From contig RHPI01000797.1 in NCBI GenBank assembly GCA_009103225.1, positions 433,064 to 497,063 on the forward strand: DNA of 64,000 nt, in the 5' to 3' direction. The translations under genes were made by a program, and so were the position numbers. Position 1 is the first letter of the stretch. Each line of letters begins with the position of its first letter. Below the pieces are notes generated by a model. That model was not told the origin of the DNA, ran no database searches, and saw only the letters and a program-made list of their open reading frames with translations. Shown piece after piece: positions 31,871 to 42,818 of the stretch. This DNA comes from Chlorokybus atmophyticus. Lineage: Eukaryota > Plantae > Mesostigma and Chlorokybus algae.

Positions 31871-33338
31871 ATGTTGAGAGGAGGTGTGACAGCTGTCCCG
31901 CTTCCGCCGCCGCCTGCAGTTGAGCCCATACTGCCGCCGCTGCCAGACTTGTCAGGGCTGCGGCTGGGCGGCGTGTCGCCCAGGCCAGGCCAGACCACCA
32001 GGAAGAATGAGCATGCTGGAGGGGAGAGGAAGAAGGGGCAGCCTGCCGTCCAGCTCAGGGTTGAAGTTATGGCCGCTCGTGTTGTTATCGATCTGACTGG
32101 CAACGAAGACGATGAGGAGGAGGATGCTGATGTGGCCAGCAGCAAAACGGTTTCCAGAAGCAGCAGCGGAGAAGTTGCGTCTATTGATCTCACTGCCAGC
32201 GATGACGAGAGGGAGGGATTTTGCAAGTCCGTCAACTCCAGAAGGCGAACATCAACTACAGCAACAACAACACCCACCACGTCGTCGTCTTCAAATGCTG
32301 CTCCGTTCGAAGCCTCAGCGCATTTCCCTGCACGGAGGCGAGGGAGGAGTGATGATGTAGGTTGCATGCATGCGGTGGCTTTGGCGCCGGGCACTGCGCC
32401 CACAGATATGCCAACCCGCATTGAAGAGCTGTGGCGCATGGCAGGTTGGTTCACACTACGCTTGCAAGTATACTGATTGTTGCGCACGCTGATGGTAACC
32501 ATGTGCGTGCTGCAGCTTTGGCAGCCGAAGCACGCGACCATTGCAAAAGGCAAGCCTTGGCTGTGCCGCAGCCTTTGGCTGCAACGCTGGTAGCAGTGGT
32601 GAGTTGTTTGCAGCTTTCTGGACTAAGGTACACTTCAGCGCTAGGATGATTATGCAATGTCCTTTATGGCAGAGTCACAAGCATCATGACAAGTGGAGGG
32701 AGCTGAAGCAGCAGGCAGAAGACCTCGCCTTTGAACACCACAATGGTGCGGGTTGACGTGTTTTCACTATGCATGTGCACTTGTGAACTGGTGTGAAATG
32801 CTGTTTACTTCAGGACGCTGTGAAAGCGTCGTGCATATTGACCTTCACGGCCAGAGCGTAGAGGGTGCTGTGGCCAAGCTGAACGGCCACTTGTCGGCGC
32901 TTGCGGCTTTGGGTACGCAGTGTGTCCACAACGTAGTGCAATCCCGAGGATTTATATGATATTTCATGTGCGCTTCCATGCAGGAGGAAGCTTCTTGCTC
33001 TGCATTGTGACTGGTGTTGGGAAGCACAGCAAAGATGGGGTCCCGAGGGTACTTCCTGCTGTGGTAGGTTCATCAGTGGTTGTGTCAGAGTGTGTGTGCA
33101 CGCCACACTCCCTGACACACACAGTGTGTGCGCGTGCATGCACGCACAAGACCTGTTTCGCATGCATCTGGGTGTGGGTGTGGGTGCACCTGTGCGCATG
33201 CTTTGTGTGGCACACAATCAAATTTATGTGTGCAATGGTTTTGTTCTGCAGATAGACGTGCTCGCTCAGAGGTTATGTGCATGGGACCAGCCTCGACCTG
33301 GGCTGATTACCGTGAAGATCAGTTCAGTACACAGCTAG
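31871..33338 (+). CDS. Smr-domain protein with DUF1771-like segment and N-terminal acidic SIM-like motifs
   Basis: Exons give HIDLHGQSVEGAV..L..HL, CIVTGVGKHSKDGVPRVLPAV and PRPGLITV (Smr fold motifs). VVIDLT and SIDLT motifs lie in the first exon. Start could be ATG 31871 or 32069. Confidence 0.82.
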
Positions 33339-33757
33339 TAGGCAGTTGACTCGCGCAGATCTATGCAGATGTTTATATACAGGTTGAACGGCACACTTGT
33401 ACATGCCATTCTGCAGCTCACAACATACTCTGACTGCATATGCCATTGATGTTCGTGTCGCTTGAATAAACTTCTTTGTTGCATGAATGCTTGGTGATGA
33501 TATAGCACATGTGTACGCATTTAACATTGCATTGATTGCATGAAGCTAACTATACAAGCTGACCTACTGAAGCCGTCCACCCAAAGCCCGCTCAACCAGC
33601 ACACAGTGTGAGTCTTGTACCCGGACGCTTTTTGATAATATATTAGTCATTGAGCACACAAGACTTGTTGTTGTTACCGGTTTCTACGGTATCATTTCTA
33701 CGGTATCATTTCGTGGTAATCTGCAGTGCTCGGATATGTCACATATAGCATAACTGT

Positions 33758-36700
33758 TTAGGGAGAGAGTGGAGGCTCGCTCTCTGTTGGTGAGAACGGC
33801 TCGCTTTCAGCGATGCTCGGCGACATGGCCTCCTCTCCCTCATGGCCCTCGGCCAAGTTATCCTCCTCCTCACTGCTCATCACGCCCTCTTCACCGTCGT
33901 GACCCTTGGCCAAGTTAACCTCCTCCTCACCGCTCATAACACCCTCTTCACCATCATGCGTATCAGCGTGCTCACCTTCCACTTCCTGGTGCTGCTGCTC
34001 TTCATGAGCGTCATCCCCTTCTTGTGCGCTTGCAGGCTGTTGATATTCCTGTTGTTCCTGTTGTTCCTGTTCTTCTTGTGGTTCATCCGCAGTAACCTCA
34101 TCACGGGTGTCTCCCTCGGTCGCTGCTTCCTGTTGCTGGTAGGCTGCCGCTTCATTCTCTCTGTGCTCATCATCGCTCATGACTTCCGCACTCTCAGCAG
34201 GAAGCTCCTGCTCTTCCTGTTCTTGCGTGTCCTCCTCATGAGCCTCCTCGTGCGCCTCCTTATGCTCCTCCTCATGCTCCTCATGCTGTTGCTCTTCCTC
34301 GACGCCTGCTTCATAGAGCGCCTCCGCGTCCGCCTGCTCAAGCCCCTCATCGACAGCTTCGCCTCCCTCTTGCATGTAAGTCTCCTGCTTGGTTGTGGAT
34401 CCACTCGTCACAATGTCAGCAATAAACCCAACATTGCTCAACACGTAGCATAAATTTAAGCCGTGTGCTGTTCTGCAAGCTCACCTGCATTGTGACTGTT
34501 GTCGTCGTTGTGCTTGTTGTGATTGTCGTTGTGCTTGTTGTCGACAGCCGCTCTGCAGCTGCGTGCGGGTTTGTAGCAAAGCTCTCTCGTTCGAGATGTA
34601 GCAAGACATCGAACATGAAGTCCACAAGCTCTCGGTAGTGCACGACGCCGTCATGGTTCTCATCTACAGCGGCACGAAGAGCAGCAATCTCACGCGTGGA
34701 GAGCGCGAGCTCACCCGTCCCAAGCATGCGCAGCACGTCGCCCACCTCGCGCATGTCGAGGGCGCCGCCGCCATCCCGATCCGCCTTGGCGAAGGCGTTG
34801 GCAAGGACGTCCTTCACGGTGGCCTCGTCGAGGCCGTGAAGGAGCCTCGCACCGCCCGTGCGAGAGATTGTCTCCACTGCTAGTGCACGCGCATGCTCCG
34901 ACTCGGCACCCGCACCCAACATGCCACGTATCACCCGCGCCGCCGAACCCGCGAACTCCACATAACGCACCTCACCGTTATCGTCGGGCTCTGCCTCCGC
35001 CATTACCATCAGCACCTGCAAGCGCGTGTGCAGGAATAGTTGGAGACATAGACACATTCACACATGTACACATACACACTGCCAATACCAACAGTACCTG
35101 CAGCCTGGTCAGGCCCAAGTGCTCGCGCGACAGCTCCTGCAGCACTCGCTTTGCCTCCCTCTGCTGCAGCGTCACCTCTCCAGGCCTGGCAGCTTTCCGG
35201 AACTCATCGAGTAACAAAGTGGACAGCGCGTCTTCGCTGTCCAGCACCTGCGTTGTATGCACGGATGAGTATGGAAACAGTTCGCACATATACGCACTTG
35301 CAGTCGTACTGGCAATCGTACGCTGCTGTGGTGACACTGTACTGCTATTAGGTCTCTTTTGCAGTACTTGTGTTACTGATGTGGCTATGTTGTTAGCAGT
35401 GATGACAGCAGTATGAACGGTAATATGGTAAGCGTACTGTGATTGGTACTATCTTAGTAGCACTTAACATTATGTTGTCACTGCGAGTCAATCGCTGGGT
35501 ATGATCGACATGTGTTGTATTACTGTTGTTGCTAAACAAGTGAGCATGACTACTGTGTGCGTGTGCGTGTGCATGTGTGCGTGCGTGTGCGTGACATTGT
35601 GTTACTACACCGGTGAGCATCCCTACTGCCTCTGCAGTGTACTTGTGCGCTTGTGTCAATGCACGAGCACACCCACACGCACGCACATACACAACAAAGG
35701 CAATAGTGCAGGCATTTGTGTGGGCGTAGGCGTGGGCATGCATGTGCATGCGCGTGTATGTGTACCCGCCCACTACGTTGTGGGTGTGCACGCGCACTGA
35801 CACACATGCACACATCCACAACGAAGGCAGCAATACATGCAGGTGCGTGTGCACATGCACATGCACATGCATGTCCCCCCCCCCCCCCCCCCCTCCCCCT
35901 CGCTGAAGGGGAATTGTATTTGGGCGGTGGGAGGGAAGGGGGGGAGGTATTGCACCCTNCCCCCCCCCCCCGCCCCCTCCCCCTCTTACCTCACTCTCCA
36001 TCATCCTGTTCGCCATCCTCTCCACCATCACCCCCCACGCCACCGGCACGAACTCCCCGTACGACACCCGTCCATCCCCGTCGCTATCCGCCTCGTGCAT
36101 CAGCGCGTTGATCTCGCGACGCGTCAGGCCCAGGTCCGACGACGACAGGCAGCGGCGGAACTCCCGACGGTCGAGGGAACCGCTGCCGTCGGAGTCGGAG
36201 GAAGAGAAGAGGCGGGAGAGGGAGAGCTCGAGGTCGGAACGAGACATCCCCCTGATGAGACAGAGGTGAGGTGAGGTGGTGGTGGTTTTGGTGGTGGGTT
36301 GAGTTGAGTCGAGTCGAGTTGAAGAGTGGGTAAGTAAGAAGTGGGTGGGATGGAAGAGTGGTTAAGTGGAGTAATGCATGCGTGAATGAATGAATGAATG
36401 AATGGGTGAGTGATTGTATGAATGAGCCGTTGAATGATTGGGTGAGGGAGGGAGGGAATCAATGGCTGTTTTGAATGGGTTTGATTGTGGTTGAACCCAT
36501 GCATGACTGAAGCCTTTGATGGTTAGTAGAAGCGAGTTTATGACCGGTGAATGAATGCCAAAAACAACGTCAGACCATCGCTGGACAACAACAGCGGATG
36601 TCACTCAACCTGAGCTTTGTCTCTGCTTCGCTGCGAGCGGCATTCCTCGCCTCCGCTGCGGTGCGTCGCGCCCGCAGAGACTGGAGCACCTGCGTGCATG

Positions 36701-37983
36701 CGAATGTGTAGGGTGAGTCATTTGTGATGTGTCGGTCTATGGAGGGTGAGTGATGTGGTGCTCTTGTCATGTTTGGGTTGTTTCGCTTTCTTGCCTGGAC
36801 CATAAGAGGGACGAACTCGCGGTACTGCAGGATGCCGTCGTCGTTCTCGTCGCACTCGGCCATGACCGCGCGCACCTCCTTGTCGCTGAGGTGCAACGCC
36901 TTGTGCTGCATGTTTGGCAAGAACCATGGTAAATGATCAAGAAGTAAGTAACCAAGTGTCAGTCAATGCATTGCTTGCCGCCTATTTCCACACCTTCATG
37001 ACGTTGCGGAACTCACGCGCGTCCAGACCCCCACTCCGATCCACGTCCGCCTTCATAAACAGCTCTACAACACAACAAATGGTTGGATACCCCCACACAC
37101 GTGGGGTGCGTATACACGCGCATGCACATACACGCAAAAACACACATTATCAAACCCAACTCATCCGCAACCCCCACTCACTCTCATCCGCTCACTCACC
37201 CATTACAAGGTCCTGCAGCTCCTGCACCGTCATCCCCTCCACATCATACTCCTCCTCATCATGTCGTTGTGGTGCCTCTTCTTGTTGGCTTCCTGCTTGT
37301 GCTTGGCCAGCGCTCTTCTGCTTGCTTTGAAACACATGTTGGGTTGGGGGGAGAGGCTTCCCCCCGTTGCGTAGGAGGTCCGAGAAGTAGGTGGCGGCGA
37401 AGGTGGGGATGTCGACGGGCTGGCTGCGAAGGACCTGCAAGCGACCAGTGGTGGAGTTGGTTTTGGTGAAAGGTGTTGTTGTGTTATGTTGTTGCGTTGT
37501 GTCTGCGTAATGTTGGCTGTGGAGTAGATTGTGTTCTTTTGTGGTGTGGCGCTTGTATCAGTGTCCTCGCATGTGTAGTCAAACCACACGCAGCTACTAA
37601 GTTTGTGAATATCACAATAACTGAAGGTCGTGAAGTTCTTGGCCCTTGGAAAAACTGTCTTCGTGCGTGGTTATTCGTTAGCAGATTTGTGGTTGTTTTG
37701 TGGTTTATATCTGTCACATCACAGCAGCTCTGCAAGTGCGGCCTCATCGCCAGCATCAATGTCCGACGCTTGCCTCCTCAAAGGGTCCCCATAAAAAGAG
37801 TAAACGACACTGTACCCGGCTTTTACTTCGCCCTTTGCTCAACCAAAACAACAATTTTTCTTTTGGTGATGGCATTGGCTCTTCTCTATCTCTCTCCTCT
37901 CTACTTACCTCTCTTGTGAACGCCTCGAGTATCCCCGGGAACGCCTCCGGTATGGTCATCTGCCTCTGATACCTCGACGCCAT
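33758..37983 (-). CDS. RIIa (AKAP-docking) domain plus multiple EF-hands, radial spoke protein 7-like, acidic repeat tail
   Basis: IPEAFPGILEAFTRE|VLRSQPVDIPTFAATYF is an RIIa D/D domain. EF loops: DVDRSGGLDARE, DENDDGILQYRE, DSDGSGSLDRRE, DSDGDGRVSYGE, DRDGGGALDMRE, DENHDGVVHYRE. RIIa+EF-hand is the known RSP7 architecture. Confidence 0.85.
33846..33958 (-). repeat. 57-bp coding tandem repeat (19 aa, HDGEEGVMSxEEExNLAxG) x2
   Basis: Units start at 33846 and 33903 on the + strand. Confidence 0.9.
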
Positions 37984-38159
37984 CTCTTGCTCTTTGTACC
38001 TCCACCGCCTCCGCCTGGCCTAGCCCATCCTTAGCCTGGCTTGGCCTGGTCCGCCCTGGCCTGGCCGAGCATCAGAGAGGCCAGTCACGTGACACCGTTG
38101 CTTGTGCGTCGACATAAGCCCAAGTGCGCACAAGCGCACAAGCAGAGACGCTAATACTA

Positions 38160-40211
38160 CAGTCTGCCCTCGATATAACAGCCACGTTTGGACAGCACCA
38201 AGCTGCTCTTGTATCAAGGTGCTCTTAACTCGAAATAAGAGCAATTGGCCTATTTTGCTCCTATACCGAGGGTCAGGCCAAAACACACTGATCTGTTCCG
38301 TTTTGCATTGTCTAACACGTGGAGTAGCTCAAGTTCAACATTATAAAGTAAAACATCACATTGTGCAGCAGTGCAAACAACATTTGCATCCAAAACTCAA
38401 CGCGCATAGTGAATTCATGTGTGTGCAGGCAGGATGTTGGCCTTGCGAAAGCAGTTGCGTATGATAGAAGCCTCCATTGTCGACCAATTGTCAACGGACC
38501 AGAACAGAGCTTGTTTGACGTTAACCTTAATGTTCTTCAGCTTCACACCTAGTTTGAATCCCTACCTTCAACAATGACGCAAGCAAAGCTACGATGACGT
38601 TGAGAATGAACCTAACAAGTTGTTACCAATTGCATACCTGGGTTTTGCTCCATCATCAGCAACCACCATGCCACTAGCTTCTTCTTGTAACGCAACTTAA
38701 AAGAAGCGATGATGCCCTGGTCCGTCGGCTGCACGTGAGAGGTAGTGTTAGCAGGAAAAAGGATGGTGACATGGGATAGCTTGATGATGTCCAGGCCATG
38801 CAGCTTTTCCCGCTTGACGCCGGGCACATCGTGACTAGAGGCGTCGTCCATCAACACCACACCTTCCTGTCTGCAATTCTCATGTCCCTATTCACCCCTA
38901 AGATCGAATGCACAAACACTTTGGTGGTCATCCACGCTGTTGGGTTGCTGTACCAATGCACAAAGCTTTCGGGCTTGAAGCCTTTGGGAAAACAATGAGG
39001 CTTTGCGCTCTTGTTGACAATCACTAGCCTCAATTTGTCGCTGCCATCCGCGTTGGCAGCCAATGCAACTGTTATGCACTCTTTGGCTTTCATGCGTCTA
39101 CGCACATGCTCGGACTCTACCGTGAGACTCTTATCGGGTTGCGTTCTGATCCTGAGTCCGCCTTCGTCAAAGTTGTAGGTTGTGGCAGGTGTTGCTTCAA
39201 GTGCTTCCAAAACAAGAGGCACCTTTTGCCTCGCCGCGCTGACACCCTCCATGACCGCATCTTCAGCCTCTCCATGCATCCTCTTGCATGAGATGTTGTA
39301 GATGTTACTTGCTACTTTGTGATGTTGTAGATGTTACTTTTTCACCTCCAGTACCAGCTGATCGTGAGTCAACTCTTCATGCTTTTGCCTCAGTTCACAT
39401 ATCTGCTTCTTCTTAAGATCGGTAAGACGCACACGGCTTTTTTTGAGTGATCGCATGTTTGCAGTTGTATTGGCATCCAGAGTTTGACAATGGCTTGCAC
39501 TACGTTCATGAGGAATACGCACAACACAACTGATTGCAATGCACAACGCACAAACAGACGCCCACTTGAGTAGTGGACATGTGCAGTTAGAGAAGTGAAC
39601 GTAAAAATAGTCACATAAGGCTACCAAACACACCTACATTTCGTCTGAGTAATGGCAAGCTGTATTCGCATATAGGAACATGTATGTATGCTTTTGGCAT
39701 GCACGTCGTAGCCGTGCACTTGTAACTAGCACACAACAGAAGCATCAGTGACTTACTTAGCGTCCTAAGCCAGGTTTACTTGACCAGGACCACAAAGCAC
39801 AAAGCTCGCAAGCATTGACCGCACACAATGTGACCATTGCACCTGTATCAGTCGCCTCTGCGCCGCCCTCCTGCTTCTCTTAATCCTGCACCGCCGCCGC
39901 CGCCGCCTGCAGGCGGCCTGTCTGTTGCAGCAGGCAAACAGTCGGCGGACATCCTTGCTGACGCTGACAGTCTGCCGATTGTCAGCCTCACTGTCCGCCG
40001 ACTGTCGGCCTAAGCAGCGTCGCAGGAGTGCAGACCACCAATTCTAGTGGTCGCCGCCCTCGCTGTAAGAGCAATGGGCACTTATGACTGCTCTTATACC
40101 AAGTGCTCTTATTCAGAGGGAGATTTGCCCCATGTACGTCCGGTTTGCAAAGATGTACTCTTATCACAAGGGATATGCCCAATCGAGGGCTCTTATATCA
40201 AGGGCAGACTG
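38160..40211 (-). mobile_element. pogo-like (Tc1/mariner superfamily, DDE_1) DNA transposon, 2,052 bp
   Basis: 24-bp TIRs CAGTCTGCCCTCGATATAACAGCC (38160-38183) and CAGTCTGCCCTTGATATAAGAGCC (reverse complement of 40188-40211), 2 mismatches. TA at 38158-59 and 40212-13. Subterminal GCTCTTATA-like motifs at both ends. Confidence 0.95.
38415..39456 (-). pseudogene. pogo-type transposase, internally deleted and frameshifted, one GT-AG intron (38549-38637)
   Basis: HTH KKSRVRLTDLKKKQIC, then HGEA, YNFDEGG, KECITVALAANADGSDKL, NPTAWMT, a frameshift at KVWC*/LMDDASSH, PANTTSHVQPTDQGII, and after the intron NVKQAL..W..MEASIIRNCFRKA. Confidence 0.88.
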
Positions 40212-40659
40212 TAGCAGCATTATCTGGTTCTGCGATATCTGCGAGATACTATCGATACTCTCAATGTTGAGATACTCAGTATCGAACTAAGAGAGAGGCA
40301 CACACAGTCAAAGGGCACGTGCGTGCCTGACAGGCGAGGCCCAGGCGGCGGAGGCTTACTGACGGCCCGGTGGAGGAGGAGGAGCAGAAGGAGGGGGAAG
40401 AGAGATAGAGAGAGAGAGTGGGGCTGAGTGCGGAAGGGCTTGTATAGCAGTCACAAGTGTGAGTCTTTGCATGAGTAGTGTTGTGGCGTGCTGCAGCTGG
40501 AGAGCAGAGAGGCAGTGCTGAGTCGTGCTGGTGCAGTGGTTGGGGAAAGGTATTTGCTGTAGTGAGGCTTAGGTGACTGTGTCCATAGGGTATAGGTTGC
40601 ACTCACACACACGGACGCACGCACAAACGAGAGAGGGCGAGAGCACAACGCCCGAAAGG

Positions 40660-42070
40660 ATGGCGTACATGGGCAGCACTAACATGCCGGTAAGTCACCC
40701 AGTCAAGGGCAGTCAATTCACCACCACCAGCACTACACATACTCACCCCTATCACTCACACACACACTCCCTCCCCCCTCCCCCCTCAGCCCCAGGTGGT
40801 GATGCTCTCCCCAACCGCAATAGTCCCCACCTCCTACCCCGTCCGTCAGGGTCAGTGGCAGTCGAAAGTGACCGACTGCTGCGGGGAACCGGGCGGGTGC
40901 AGCCTCGGCTGCATGGCGTGCTGCTGCTCGTCGTGCCTGTTCGGGGAGAACGTGCAGGTGTGTGGGGGTGGGTGGGAGAGTGACGTTGTTTGTTGTGTGT
41001 TTCACAAGATGATTGGAGGGGACTTCTTCTGCGGGGGGTCGTACGCCGCCGCCTGCCTTGCCCACTTCTGCCTAGGTATATGCGACGATACAACCATACC
41101 TGCATATGCTGATACACAATGCCACACTCGCACACACACATACACATCAACGCGCACACTGCACCACAGTGGCACATTCGCACACACTTACGAAAATACA
41201 CGTAACCTTTACAAAGCCCATAAACAGATCACTGCAGCTCTGATGCATCGCATTCATCGCGTATCTGTCAGGCGCGGCGTTCACAACGGCGGCGGTGCTC
41301 GCGTTCGGCATCCCGCTGCCACCGCCATTCTCCTTCCTCGTGCAGATGTGCGCACGCAGACGCATTCGACACAAGTACAGCCTGCCAGTAAGTAGACAGT
41401 TGAACTAGCATGTGATGTTCACTTTAAGATCAGAGAGTGCACACACATCACCAACCTTAGGAGGAGCCTTGCTGCGACTGCCTGGTGTCTTTGGCCTGCA
41501 GCTGCTGCTCCCTCGTCCAAGAGGCCAAGGAGCTACGCATACGCAACCAGTACTACGTCTCTCACGTAAGCAAAGCAAAGCCATGCCTTCACCCCAGATC
41601 ACACAGCAAGTTTCATCCACAAAACACATACACACGCATGCACGCATGCACGAACAGGCGTGTGGTGCAGCCCTTTGTCAGCCCATTGCGCTCAACTGTG
41701 CATCATTTGTTTGTTTGTTCACTCGCTGTTTCCTGTTGATGTACCCATTACTCATACTTCACACAATGTTCCACAGGTTGAGCCCGTGATGATGGTCGCC
41801 CCCGGCCCCCAATTCATGTCTCCCAATACCATGGTCATGCCTCCCCCTCTCCCTCCCCCTTACGCCCAAGGCTACCCCATCATCAACCAACCCATGCCGA
41901 TGCCGATGTACTCGCAGCCGTACCCGCCAATGAAGGCGGACCCGTACACCGACCCGTACGCGCCTGGCGGTGGGGCGTCGTCGAGTGGGAACGGGGCGTA
42001 CGTGACGAGCCCGACGACGGTGATGATGCCGCCGCCTGGGTACCCGGTGACGAGGGGAGGGGCGGAGTAG
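40660..42070 (+). CDS. PLAC8-family Cys-rich protein with Pro/Met/Tyr-rich tail
   Basis: GQWQSKVTDCCGEPGGCSLGCMACCCSSCLFGENV ... PCCDCLVSLACSCCSLVQEAKEL. Confidence 0.88.
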
Positions 42071-42818
42071 GGAAGGGGGGAGAGAGTGTGGGTGGGTGGA
42101 CCTAGTGTATCATGAGGTGGTGTGTTAAGTGTAAGTGGGAGAGGCGTTGTAGCATAGTTGTGAGCAAAGAGTGCGATTGGCTGTTGGGGGAAGACTATGT
42201 GCTGTTTTTCGAGTGCGATTGGTGAAAATAAGCACGCGTCATTGACGTGTTTGATTAGTTCTGGAGCCTCTAAGGTTCCTAGTTAGAGATAGATTAGAAA
42301 CGCAGAAGGTGGTTGTTGCAACTGGTGAATCAAAGCGCATTTTGGAGACACGCAGACACCACTTTCATGACGGTCTTGTTCACTGCTCATTCGCTCGCAC
42401 GACAACTGCGTCTCCAACAGCATGAGCTGTGAGCGAGAGCGCGTCTTTCTCGAACAACTGCGCACCACTGTGCATGCTCAGAGATGCACTGCATTATGAT
42501 CACCATAAACACCTGCTGCATTAGATTACTCCATTGTTTTACAGAAGCTTGTGGCCAGCAACAAACCCGACTCGACAGCACATCGGATCTGTACAAGATT
42601 AGGAAACCAGCGCACCAACTTTTTCTGACCTGAAGTCAGAAGGGACTTGACATGGTTTACACAGGGGCAATCATCCCTACAATCCCGCGTGTACAGTGCA
42701 GCTGCAAGCTGTGCTTCACGACCGCGTCACCACATCATTACCACAGTATCCCAACACAACAAGTCCTGATGAACAGCAATCCCAAACTGCATCATCCCCA
42801 CCATCCATCCACACACAA

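Noticed and set aside
35874-35975. Poly-C runs around N35959 in the RSP7-like intron
   Set aside because: Low-quality or gap-adjacent homopolymer.
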